Shown here: in pieces, positions 38,379 through 47,452 of the stretch
How the letters are laid out: every line of letters starts with the position of its first letter
Numbering within the stretch: the stretch's first letter is position 1
Assembly: GCA_963845535.1 (NCBI GenBank)
Contig: CAWJSK010000012.1
Span: 864,001-928,000, forward strand
Source: an uncultured Spirochaetota bacterium
Lineage (GTDB): Bacteria; Spirochaetota; Spirochaetia; SZUA-6; Fen-1364
DNA: 64,000 bases
Reading direction: 5' to 3'
Program-made: the position numbers and the translations under genes
The notes under the pieces: model-generated
What the model was told of the DNA's origin: nothing
The model's database searches: none
The model's input: the letters and a program-made list of their open reading frames with translations, nothing else

Positions 38379-39078
38379 GCCAGCGGTATCCCAAACCATA
38401 GAGGGTTTCAATGGCGTCAAAAGCATCATCTTCCCGTTCGAGCTTCGCCCGGATGCGCCGGATATGGCAGTCGATGGTCCGGTCCCCCATGTACGAATCC
38501 TGGGGAAATGCATCCGAAAGCAGCTGCTCGCGGGTCCGCACATGGCCGCCGTGCCGGGCAAGGGAGTGGAGGATGCGGAACTCCGTCACGGTGAACCGCA
38601 CAGGGATGCTCTTCCATGTTGCTGTAAACCGGCCCGTGTCCAGGGAAAGAGGGCCGACTGCCACACATTCCCCGTCTCCCGGCGCCTCATCCTCTTTCCG
38701 CCCCGCGCGTCGAAAAAGCACTTTCACCCGCGCCGCAAGCTCCCGCAGGGAAAAAGGCTTGCACAGGTAGTCATCCGCCCCCAGCTCCAGGCCAAGGACC
38801 CGGTCGAACTCTTCGTCCCGGGAGGTCAGGAACATTACCGGGACCCGCTCGGAGAGAGCGCGGATGCGCCGGCACAGCTCCAGGCCGTCCATGCGCGGCA
38901 TGATGATGTCGAGAATGGCAAGGTCAGGCAGCGCGCGCTCGAACTCGGACCATGCTTCGGCGCCGTTGGTGAACGCCTGGACGCGGTATCCCTCCCGGCG
39001 GAGCGCCTTTGCAACCGTGGTGCGCAAGTGGGCCTCGTCATCGACAAGGGCAATCAGCGGCGACTGTGCGTCGTTCAC
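38368..39078 (-). CDS. OmpR-family response regulator (ChvI-like)
   Basis: VDDE, LDIIMPRMDG, KPFS, TVTEF, DRTIDCHIRRIR. Confidence 0.9.
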   Translation of the reverse strand: MNDAQSPLIALVDDEAHLRTTVAKALRREGYRVQAFTNGAEAWSEFERALPDLAILDIIMPRMDGLELCRRIRALSERVPVMFLTSRDEEFDRVLGLELGADDYLCKPFSLRELAARVKVLFRRAGRKEDEAPGDGECVAVGPLSLDTGRFTATWKSIPVRFTVTEFRILHSLARHGGHVRTREQLLSDAFPQDSYMGDRTIDCHIRRIRAKLEREDDAFDAIETLYGLGYRWREG

Positions 39079-39127
39079 GTCATGAAGTCTATCACGCTGC
39101 CTTTGGGTTGAGAATGAACGCCTGCAA

Positions 39128-39148
39128 GCAACAATTCCGCAACAATTC
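39128..39148 (+). promoter_or_regulatory. 11-bp-period direct repeat, likely response-regulator site
   Basis: GCAACAATTC-c-GCAACAATTC between the regulator and creD. Confidence 0.55.
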
Positions 39149-39209
39149 GCCTCCATACTACAACAGTGCCGCAAAGATGCGGCCCCGGGGACGCCGTACA
39201 CTCCATGGC

Positions 39210-40643
39210 ATGAAAACACAAGATGAGGGCGGTCACGAAGCACCGCCCCGTTCCTCCCGGGGCGCGCTGTCGAACGCGGCGCGCAAGCACTCGGTCATCG
39301 CGAAGGTCCTGATCATCGCCTTCCTCCTTCTCCTGCTCCTGTGGCCGCTCCTCATGTTCCAACGGCTCGTCCATGAGAGGGAACAGAGACGGCAGGAAGT
39401 TGAATCCGAGATCATGGGGTCGTGGGGCGGGGCGCTGACCGTTGCCGGGCCTTTTCTTTCCGTCCCGTACATCGGTCGGACGGTGGATGCAAACGGCAAG
39501 CGCGTGGAAACGATGGAGACCGCCCGCTTCCTCCCTTACACGCTGGTGGTGGAGGGCACGATGCTTCCGCAGAGGCGGAGCCGCGGCATGTACGACGTCA
39601 CCGTATACTCTGCCAAGCTGAACGTGAGCGGGACGTTTGGGCGCCCTGATTTTTCGGGCTGGCGCATCAGTCCGGCAGACATCCTGTGGGACCAGGCTGT
39701 GCTTTCCGTGGAGCTTCCCGACATGCGGGCGCTCCAGGACGTCGTCCCACTCACGTGGGGCCGGGGCAACGGAGGGTTTCGGTCTGCGAAAAGCAGCACC
39801 GGCATGTTCCCCGGGGAGATGCGCGCCGCGATCCCGGGCCTGGGACCGAGGGCGGGGAGCCCGTCCGCGCGGGGCGGGATTCCGTTTTCGTTCGTCCTGT
39901 CATTGCATGGCGGAGACTCCATCAGCTTCCTGCCCCTCGGCGATGAAACGACTGTCCGTCTCAGCTCACCGTGGGAAAGCCCCAACTTCAACGGCTCCTA
40001 CCTTCCCGAGAGCCGCGCCGTCTCCGCCCAGGGCTTCGAGGCTCAATGGCACGTGATCTCGATGACCCGCGCGTACCCCCAGCGCTGGCAGGGAGCGGAG
40101 ATCGAACCGCAGGCTCTTCTCTCCACCGCATTCGGCGTCGGCCTCATGACCCCGGTCGACACGTACCAGAAAGTCACGCGCGCGCTGAAGTACGGGCTGC
40201 TGTTCCTCTTTCTGCCGTTCTGTACGCTTTTTCTTTTCGAGATCTTCTCACGGCAGAGAATCCATCCCCTTCAGTACCTCCTTGTGGGCCTGGGAGACTG
40301 CATCTTCTACCTGCTTCTCCTGTCGCTCGCAGAGCACATGAGCTTTGGCGCCGCGTACGGCATTGCCGCCGCCTCCTGCGCGCTGCTTGTCACCTTTTAC
40401 ACGATTGCCGTGGTCAAGAGCGGACGGGGAGCCCTGATGGCCCCTGTTGTCGGGGCTGCATACGGTTTCCTGGCGGTGGTCCTGTATTCCGAGGACAATG
40501 CGCTTCTCATTGGCTCACTCGGCTTATTTCTCTTGCTCAGCGCCGTCATGTATATGACGCGCAAAGTAGATTGGTATCAGAGAGATCGATTTCCGGAGCC
40601 TCAGGAGGATCACAACGAAGCCGGCGCACAGGGGTTGCCCTGA
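39210..40643 (+). CDS. creD: Inner-membrane protein CreD
   Basis: RALKYGLLF, IHPLQYLLVG, FYLLLLSLAEH, EDNALLIGS, MYMTRKVDWY. Confidence 0.92.
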   Translation: MKTQDEGGHEAPPRSSRGALSNAARKHSVIAKVLIIAFLLLLLLWPLLMFQRLVHEREQRRQEVESEIMGSWGGALTVAGPFLSVPYIGRTVDANGKRVETMETARFLPYTLVVEGTMLPQRRSRGMYDVTVYSAKLNVSGTFGRPDFSGWRISPADILWDQAVLSVELPDMRALQDVVPLTWGRGNGGFRSAKSSTGMFPGEMRAAIPGLGPRAGSPSARGGIPFSFVLSLHGGDSISFLPLGDETTVRLSSPWESPNFNGSYLPESRAVSAQGFEAQWHVISMTRAYPQRWQGAEIEPQALLSTAFGVGLMTPVDTYQKVTRALKYGLLFLFLPFCTLFLFEIFSRQRIHPLQYLLVGLGDCIFYLLLLSLAEHMSFGAAYGIAAASCALLVTFYTIAVVKSGRGALMAPVVGAAYGFLAVVLYSEDNALLIGSLGLFLLLSAVMYMTRKVDWYQRDRFPEPQEDHNEAGAQGLP

Positions 40644-40697
40644 CAAATCGTGAATCCGTTGACAATTCCTTCGGGGGGGATGCAGACTGGGGGGCAC

Positions 40698-41336
40698 ATG
40701 CCCACAAAGCATCCCTTTCTCCTGTACTTTCGGTCCCGCCTTTCGGCCGCGCTCGCCCTCGCGGGCGCGGCGCTCGTGGTCCTGGCCCTGGTCTTCCTGC
40801 GGGGCCGGTCCCTGGTTCCGATCCTTTGCATCGCGATCCTGTATGCGGTGCTGACCATCCTCCTGTTCTTTTCACGCCGGGGTGCCCGGGAAATCGTGAA
40901 GGAAGAAGAGGAAGACCATCTGGCAAAGGTCCGGCAAAAGATCGCCTCTCTGGCCGAGCTGCGGGAGCGCATCTCCGTCCTGAGGCTCGGTGATGAACGC
41001 ATCAGCAAGGCAATCGAGTACTTCCTCCAGGAGTCCGGCGCGTACCTGCAGAAATGCCGGGAGCTCGCAACATACTCTCCCGTTGCCAACGAAAAGATCG
41101 AGCGCGCGCTCGAGATCTGCCAGGTGTTCCTCGGAGAGCGTGACGAAGAGTCCACGGGCCGCCGCTATGGCGTTCCCGGAGCAGCCGACGCTCCCACGGA
41201 AGAAGTTGCGGAAGGTTTTGCCCGGGACATTCAGGATTGCGCCCGCATCATCAGGGAGCGGACCGTTGAAGACCTTCTTGGGGGAAGCGGCGCTGAGCGC
41301 CTTGAGATCACGAAAGAGCTGGAAGAAGACAAATGA
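40698..41336 (+). CDS. Two-TM membrane protein with helical cytoplasmic domain
   Basis: Two hydrophobic helices then a charged helical region; stop overlaps next ATG. Confidence 0.75.
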   Translation: MPTKHPFLLYFRSRLSAALALAGAALVVLALVFLRGRSLVPILCIAILYAVLTILLFFSRRGAREIVKEEEEDHLAKVRQKIASLAELRERISVLRLGDERISKAIEYFLQESGAYLQKCRELATYSPVANEKIERALEICQVFLGERDEESTGRRYGVPGAADAPTEEVAEGFARDIQDCARIIRERTVEDLLGGSGAERLEITKELEEDK

Positions 41337-42958
41337 AAAAGACACTCCTCGCATGCATGATCGCGCTGTGCACGGCGGCCCTGGGCGCATTCGGAGTCTC
41401 AGCGGACCTGAAGTCCGTGGAAATGGACATCGTGGTTCGAACGGACGGAAAAGCTGACTTTTATGAAGGTCTCGATTGGCATGCCGCGGGCGGCGAGATG
41501 CACGGTTTCTATTTCCAGGGGGCCGCCGTCACGCCCGTTTTCAACCAGCAGCAATGCTACGCGGACCTCGGCAACAAGAAGCGCATCGGGCTGGACATCA
41601 AGGACCTCGGTGATGGGAAGTACGATGTGGTCCTGGCCGGCGGCCAGGGTTTCACCGGTGAAGCCATGTATTTCCTCGCCTATGGCGGAGATCTGGCCGC
41701 CAGCGGTCTGATCGGGTGGACGAAATCGGCGGACTACGGGGAGCTGTTCTACTTCGACCTTGCCCCGGAGGAGTGGGACCAACCGCTCGGGCATCGCACG
41801 CTGCGGATCACGCTTCCGGTGACTGTCGCGGGGGAGAAGGTGGGCGCTGATGCGCTGAACCTGCTCGGTTTCCGGACGGAACCATACGTGAACAAGGAAA
41901 ACAGCATCGATGCGTACGGGACAAAAGGAAACGACGGTTCGTACTACCTGACCATCAGGTTCAACCAGGAAAACGTGGCCAACCGTCAGTCGGAGCGCAT
42001 TCAGTTCTACCTGAAAAAGTCGGCGGTTCCCATGCAGGCAGGTGCCCTGCTCCAATCCATTCCCCAGGGCTCGGGCAACACAGGCAGCCCGGAATCCCCC
42101 GAGATCCAGGCCGCACCGCGCGCGCAGCTCAGCCTTCCCGCCATGGGGGCTGTTTTCGCCGTCATCCTGGCTGCAATCCTGCTCTTGTATATTGCAAAAG
42201 TGCGCGGCTTCGGCAAGACCATGGAAAAGGTGGAGGGCATCCGCTGGGCAGGAGACAACTGGATCCCGCCCAAACTGTACGGCGGCACCTACGAGGTCAA
42301 AGGGAAAATCGTGAAAGACCTCCACCCCGTCGAGGTCGCGCTGCTCCTGGAAATGCCGCTCCAAAGGGTCGTTGCAATCATGTTGGAAGGCCTCAAGAGA
42401 CAAGGCGTCATCGAGGTGGTCTCTGAGGATCCCCTGCGGATCAAGATCCTCACCGCCAGAAAAGCGGAGCACGAGTACGAGGAGCTTTTCCTGCAGTCCT
42501 TCGACACCCGCGGGGACGTGCTTTCGGGTTTGCTTGCGGACTTCTTCGAAAAGGTCCTGGCAAAGCTCCAGGAGAAGATATGGGACGCCGACATCGACGC
42601 AACAAAGGAATATTACCGGAGCCAACTGGAAAGACGAGAGGAGACCGAGCAGGACAAGGCGGCCCCGTACTACTGGTACTGGTCATCGTACCGCTGGATC
42701 TACTGGAACACGGCGGTCTACTCGCAGGTGCATCTCCCCCATGACTTCTCCGCGGACTACCGGACGTTCATGGCGTCAGCATCGTGCTTCAAGGGATGCT
42801 TTGCGCCCCCCCAGGCAACCACCGGCGGCGTGGGTGCGTGCTATTCGGCCTGCCACAACGCCTGCCATTCCGCCTGCCATCATGCCTGCCACTCAGCGTG
42901 CCATTCCGCCTGTCACTCAGCGTGCCATTCCGCCTGCGTGTCGGGAGGAGCCCATTGA
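41333..42958 (+). CDS. Single-pass membrane protein (DUF2207-like) with C-terminal (ACxx)9 Cys/His tail; putative radical SAM substrate
   Basis: Signal peptide, beta-rich ectodomain, TM AVFAVILAAILLLYI, LHPVEVALLL..LKRQGVIEV..YEELFL, repeat tail. Confidence 0.85.
   Translation: MKKTLLACMIALCTAALGAFGVSADLKSVEMDIVVRTDGKADFYEGLDWHAAGGEMHGFYFQGAAVTPVFNQQQCYADLGNKKRIGLDIKDLGDGKYDVVLAGGQGFTGEAMYFLAYGGDLAASGLIGWTKSADYGELFYFDLAPEEWDQPLGHRTLRITLPVTVAGEKVGADALNLLGFRTEPYVNKENSIDAYGTKGNDGSYYLTIRFNQENVANRQSERIQFYLKKSAVPMQAGALLQSIPQGSGNTGSPESPEIQAAPRAQLSLPAMGAVFAVILAAILLLYIAKVRGFGKTMEKVEGIRWAGDNWIPPKLYGGTYEVKGKIVKDLHPVEVALLLEMPLQRVVAIMLEGLKRQGVIEVVSEDPLRIKILTARKAEHEYEELFLQSFDTRGDVLSGLLADFFEKVLAKLQEKIWDADIDATKEYYRSQLERREETEQDKAAPYYWYWSSYRWIYWNTAVYSQVHLPHDFSADYRTFMASASCFKGCFAPPQATTGGVGACYSACHNACHSACHHACHSACHSACHSACHSACVSGGAH
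42836..42943 (+). repeat. 12-bp coding tandem repeat: ACYS ACHN ACHS ACHH ACHS ACHS ACHS ACHS ACVS
   Basis: Nine units with synonymous variation (gcc/gcg, tgc/tgt, cac/cat, tcc/tca). Confidence 0.95.
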
Positions 42959-44439
42959 GGCCTCGCGGAAAAGCCCGCCCTGGCACAGGCGGCAGCGTTG
43001 CTGACTCCCTGAAGTGGGTGGACGAGTTCTTCCGGGAGGCCGGGGGCCACATCTTCGCCCGGCAGGAAGATGACGTCATCATCCTCCCGCCGAACCAGGT
43101 GTACAAGGCCAACGCCACGGGGATTGCAATCGTCCGACACATGCTTGACGGAGGAAGCGTACGGACCATCCCGGGCATCGAGAAGGATGACAGGGCGCTC
43201 CAGGTGGCTGAGTTCGCTTTCCGCCTTCGCGCCTTATACCTCGGAGAGCCTTCACCTCTGCCTCCGCTGGAAACAGTCCCCTATTCGTTCCAGTTCACGC
43301 GGCTCCCCATTCTCGGAGAGATTGCCGTCACCTGGCGCTGCAACAACGCCTGCCAGTTCTGCTACGCCGGGTGCGGAACGGATATCCACGCCGGCACGCC
43401 GCGCGCCGTCTCCGGGAGCAACGGAAAGGAAATGACCCTGAAGGAGGTGAAGCGGATTTTGCGCATTTTCCGGGATGACGCGCGGATTCCGTTCTTCTCC
43501 TTCACCGGCGGAGAGCCCCTTCTTCGCTCTGACCTGGAGGAAATGATCCGCCATGCGCGCGGCCTGGGCCTCCAGATGAACCTCGTGACCAACGGAACGC
43601 TTGCGGATGGTCCCCGGGCAAGAAGCCTTTTCGAAGCCGGCCTTCGAACGGCGCAAGTCAGCGTGGAAAGCCCGCGGGAGCAGGTCCATGACCATCTCAC
43701 GCGGCGCCCGGGATCATGGCGCCAAACCCTGGAGGGAATCCGGGCCATGCGGGAGGCGGGCATCTCGGTGCAGACGAACACCACGGTCACCGCCGTCACC
43801 GCAGCGGACGCGCCGAGCATGCCGGCGTTTCTCAAGAGCCTCGGCGTGGGGAGGTTCGCCATGAACCTGTATATCCCGGGCGCCCACGAGGGGCACGCAG
43901 CGGAAGACAGCGCAGCAAACCACCCCGGGGAGAGCGCGCTCAAGGACGAGCTTTTTCTCCCGTACTCGCGCGCGGGCGCCGTCATTGACAACGTCCGGGA
44001 GGCTGCGCGCCGGGAAGGCCTGGTCTTCTTCTGGTACTCGCCAATCCCTCACTGCCACTACAACACGATTGCCCGAGGGTTGGGCAACAAGTCCTGCGCG
44101 GCCATGGACGGCCTTCTGTCTGTATCTCCTGCCGGGGATGTTCTGCCCTGTTCCTCGTACCCGCTCTCCATGGGAAGCCTGCTGGAGACGGGGTTCCGCC
44201 AGATCTGGTTTTCCGAGCGGGCCCAGTTCTTCAAGAACAAGCGCTATGCGCCCCCGGAATGCAAGGGGTGTGACAGCTTCACGGCGTGCCAGGCCGCCTG
44301 CCCTCTGTACTGGCAGCAGGCAGGCACCGCTGAGATCAGGGCCAAACGGAGCGTAACCTCCGCGGGTGAAGCCGCCGAGGGTAGAGACGCTCCGGGCGGA
44401 AGCGCTCGGGGCGGAAGCGTTCCGTGCGCGGCGTCCTGA
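42955..44439 (+). CDS. Radical SAM/SPASM maturase with N-terminal PqqD/RRE-like region
   Basis: CNNACQFC, FTGGEPLLR, TNG; SPASM CAA..GDVLPC..CKGC..CQAACP; TTG start overlapping upstream TGA, GGAGGAG RBS. Confidence 0.9.
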   Translation: MRPRGKARPGTGGSVADSLKWVDEFFREAGGHIFARQEDDVIILPPNQVYKANATGIAIVRHMLDGGSVRTIPGIEKDDRALQVAEFAFRLRALYLGEPSPLPPLETVPYSFQFTRLPILGEIAVTWRCNNACQFCYAGCGTDIHAGTPRAVSGSNGKEMTLKEVKRILRIFRDDARIPFFSFTGGEPLLRSDLEEMIRHARGLGLQMNLVTNGTLADGPRARSLFEAGLRTAQVSVESPREQVHDHLTRRPGSWRQTLEGIRAMREAGISVQTNTTVTAVTAADAPSMPAFLKSLGVGRFAMNLYIPGAHEGHAAEDSAANHPGESALKDELFLPYSRAGAVIDNVREAARREGLVFFWYSPIPHCHYNTIARGLGNKSCAAMDGLLSVSPAGDVLPCSSYPLSMGSLLETGFRQIWFSERAQFFKNKRYAPPECKGCDSFTACQAACPLYWQQAGTAEIRAKRSVTSAGEAAEGRDAPGGSARGGSVPCAAS

Positions 44440-44452
44440 GGAGAAGAGAAAA

Positions 44453-45349
44453 ATGGAAATGCGATTTGTCGTTTCACGCGTCTTCTTCCCCGCCCGGCTC
44501 GTCATCCTTGCCGGCTTCGCGCTCCTGGGTTTCGCCGCCCAGGTCCTCCTGCCCGCGGGAGTCGGCTTCTTCCTGGGGACCGCTCTCATGGTGCCCGGGC
44601 TGATCTTCGTCTCGGCGCGCAGCTTCCGAAACAAACCCATGGACGTGGGCCAGGAGGACTGGAATGCGGCCTCGGTCCGGGAGTTCGACCGCATCAAGAG
44701 CAACCTCCAGCTCACCCGACAGAAAGCCTTCTCCGTGATCTACCGGCCGGGCTTCGGCTGGTTCCTCGCCGTGGTGCTGGCCCTCGCAAGCGCCGTCCTT
44801 GCCGGGAGCGATCGTCCTTTTGCGGCGCTCGTGACGTTCGACGCGCTCGTGCTCCTCGTTCCGTTCCTCCTGACCGGCAACGTAAAGCTCTGGACCCCCC
44901 AGGAGTTGGCGTTCCGCATGCGCGCTTTCGACCCCATCCTTTCCACCGAACAGGCTGAAGGCGGTAACGTCATCATCACCCCCTACCTGAGGCTGGACAA
45001 GGACAAAGAAGGCCACGAGATTCCGGAGGACATCCGGCTCATGGTTGAGCCGCGCAGGAAGCCCACGGACTTCCTCGGCGTCCAGATCCAGGTTGCCGTC
45101 AACAAAGGTCCCAACGGAAGCGTTCCGTACATGTACGCCGTTTTTCTTTGCCGAGGGAAAGGGCAGACGTACCAGAAGCTCGCCTCCATGAGCTTCGATG
45201 ACTTCGTGAAGGAGCCCGGGGGTGACAAGGAATATGGTTATGTCGTTGTTCGGCAGCAGACCTCAGGCACCGGCTACCACACAACGGATTCTGACGTCCG
45301 TCGTCTCTATGAGATGGTGAAGCAGAAGCTCCTTGCCATGAACGGGTAG
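44453..45349 (+). CDS. Four-TM membrane protein of unknown function
   Basis: Two TM hairpins plus soluble C-domain; GAGGAG RBS just after the rSAM stop. Confidence 0.75.
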   Translation: MEMRFVVSRVFFPARLVILAGFALLGFAAQVLLPAGVGFFLGTALMVPGLIFVSARSFRNKPMDVGQEDWNAASVREFDRIKSNLQLTRQKAFSVIYRPGFGWFLAVVLALASAVLAGSDRPFAALVTFDALVLLVPFLLTGNVKLWTPQELAFRMRAFDPILSTEQAEGGNVIITPYLRLDKDKEGHEIPEDIRLMVEPRRKPTDFLGVQIQVAVNKGPNGSVPYMYAVFLCRGKGQTYQKLASMSFDDFVKEPGGDKEYGYVVVRQQTSGTGYHTTDSDVRRLYEMVKQKLLAMNG

Positions 45350-45409
45350 GCAACGGCAACAGCGCCACACGGAGGGCCGTCAGGAGCGCTCGCATTGCCT
45401 CCCCGCTTT

Positions 45410-46390
45410 TCAGCTATGGCCCAGGACGCGGTGCGGGTGGTACGGCTCTTCCAGTGTCCTGATGTGGTCCGGTGAAAGTTTGATGGACAGCGCCTCCACG
45501 GCTTGCTCGAGATGCGGAAGCTTGCTTGCGCCGGCAATCGGCGCGGTAATGTACGGCTTTGACAGCATCCACGCCAGCGCCACCTGGGGCATGGTCTTGC
45601 CGATCTCCTTCGCCACCTGGGCCACCCGGTCCACGATGACGAAATCCTCATCCTGGTAGTACATGTTCTTCGCAAACTCGTCCGACTTGCTGCGCGTCGT
45701 TGAGCCGCCTCCCTCACGGGCGCGGTTTCCGGCAAGGAAGCCGCGGGCCAGGGGGCTCCAGGGGATGATCCCCAATCCCTGGTCCACGCACAGCGGTATC
45801 ATCTCCCGCTCCTCCTCCCGATAGACGAGATTGTAGTGGTTCTGCATTGACACGAACCGGCTCCAGCCCTTCTGCGTGGACACCGAAAGCGCCCTGGCGA
45901 GCTGCCAGGCATACATGCTTGAGGCGCCGATGTAGCGCGCCTTTCCGCTGCGGACCACGTCATTCAAGGCTTCCAGGGTTTCCTCAATCGGCGTGTCGGG
46001 GTCCCACCGGTGGATCTGGTAGAGGTCGACATGGTCCATTCCCAGCCGACGCAACGATGCGTCGATGGCGTTCATGATGTGCTTGCGTGACAGTCCGGCA
46101 TTGTTGGGGTCCTGCCCCATCCTGTTGAACACCTTTGTGGCAACAACCACTTCGTCGCGACGGGCAAAATCCTTGATGGCGCGCCCTGTCACTTCCTCGC
46201 TCGCCCCGAGAGAGTAGACGTCCGCGGTGTCAAAGAAGTTGATCCCCAGCTCGATGGCCCGCTTGTAGAACTGTCTCGAGTCCTTTTCCTCCAGGACCCA
46301 GTCGCGCCATGAAGGAGAACCGTACGTCATGGTCCCCAGACATATCCGGGAGACCTTGAGTCCCGTGCTTCCCAATCGAACGTATTCCAT
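45410..46390 (-). CDS. Aldo/keto reductase
   Basis: LGTMTYG, DTADVY, ATK, DLYQIH, PWSPLARG. Confidence 0.93.
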   Translation of the reverse strand: MEYVRLGSTGLKVSRICLGTMTYGSPSWRDWVLEEKDSRQFYKRAIELGINFFDTADVYSLGASEEVTGRAIKDFARRDEVVVATKVFNRMGQDPNNAGLSRKHIMNAIDASLRRLGMDHVDLYQIHRWDPDTPIEETLEALNDVVRSGKARYIGASSMYAWQLARALSVSTQKGWSRFVSMQNHYNLVYREEEREMIPLCVDQGLGIIPWSPLARGFLAGNRAREGGGSTTRSKSDEFAKNMYYQDEDFVIVDRVAQVAKEIGKTMPQVALAWMLSKPYITAPIAGASKLPHLEQAVEALSIKLSPDHIRTLEEPYHPHRVLGHS

Positions 46391-46398
46391 CTCTTTCC

Positions 46399-47274
46399 TC
46401 ACTCTGCAAGCGCGTGTGCGGCACGCGCGCCGTCCGCGACAAGGGCGGTCATCTTTTCCGAGATTTCCCAGAGCCGCCGCATGCTCTCTCGGTCCTGTGA
46501 CGCCGGAGAAGACCTCTGCTCCCGGCATTTCACGAAATACTTCCCCGTCACTCCCTCCACATCGCGGGAAGAAGCAAGGAAGACGCTCGTCCGCGCGCCC
46601 TCATCCACGCTGATCGCGCCGAGCCGCTGGGCAATGGAGATCCCAACGCCGAGGAAACCGCCGTTGTTCTTGCCGAACTCGGAGGCGACAAACCCCGGGT
46701 GCAAGGCATTCGCCGTCGTGCCGCTCCCCTCGAGCCTCCGGGCAAGCTCGTAGGTGAAGAGGAGGTTTGCCAGCTTGGACTGGCCATACGCGGCCCAGGC
46801 ACGGTAGCGCACGCGGCCCTCGAGGTCATCGAAGCTCATGGTTGCGCGCTGGTGGGCGTCTGAAGAGACTGTGACGACGCGGGACGAAGCGCCGCGTCTC
46901 AAGGCTTCCTGCAACAATGTCGTAAGAAGGAACGGCGCAAGGTGGTTCAGCGCGAACGTCATTTCGATCCCGTCCACTGACGTCCTGCGTCTCTGAAACA
47001 CCGCGCCGACATTGTTCACGAGGACATTCAGAGCTCCCTGAGAGCGGGCCTGGTCCGCGGCCGAGCGCACCCCTGCCTGGGATGAGAGGTCGGCGATGAT
47101 CAGCTCAATGGAGCTGTTGCCCGTCGTCTCTTTGATCCACTCCCGTGTCGCCTCCGCTTTCTCGCGGCTTCTAGCCACGAGCAGCAGACGCGCTCCCGCG
47201 GCGGCCAGCTCACGCGCCGTGACGCGCCCTATCCCCGCCGTTGCTCCGGTAATCAGCGCGGTCTTCCCCGCCAT
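46399..47274 (-). CDS. Short-chain dehydrogenase (retinol dehydrogenase-like)
   Basis: TGATAGIG, NNVG, NHLAPF, YGQSK, HPG. Confidence 0.9.
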   Translation of the reverse strand: MAGKTALITGATAGIGRVTARELAAAGARLLLVARSREKAEATREWIKETTGNSSIELIIADLSSQAGVRSAADQARSQGALNVLVNNVGAVFQRRRTSVDGIEMTFALNHLAPFLLTTLLQEALRRGASSRVVTVSSDAHQRATMSFDDLEGRVRYRAWAAYGQSKLANLLFTYELARRLEGSGTTANALHPGFVASEFGKNNGGFLGVGISIAQRLGAISVDEGARTSVFLASSRDVEGVTGKYFVKCREQRSSPASQDRESMRRLWEISEKMTALVADGARAAHALAE

Positions 47275-47452
47275 TGACTCGGTTTTCACTGTTTGAGCGT
47301 CCTTCCCGGCCGCAGTTTCCGGCGGCCTCACCGGCTTCCCTCCGGTCCACCTAAAATACTCACGCACGGTTGATTCAGGCCACGTCTGCGGATATAAGAA
47401 GGAGAGGCGTCCCGGGCCCAAAGCTGCGGCGCGAAAAGGAAAGGAACGTTCC

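Noticed and set aside
40673..40679. G7 tract as a phase-variable promoter spacer
   Set aside because: Tract is short, the -10 is weak and homopolymer lengths are unreliable in this assembly
42836..42943. CRISPR array or non-coding VNTR
   Set aside because: 12-bp units with no spacers, in frame and varying mostly synonymously; it is a coding repeat
42836..42943. Multiheme cytochrome c
   Set aside because: No CxxCH; spacing is overlapping CxxxCH, the tail is predicted cytoplasmic and no maturation genes are nearby
42784..42954. Extended rSAM N-terminus from the ORF track
   Set aside because: It is the shifted reading of the Cys repeat; TTG at 42955 has an RBS and stop overlap
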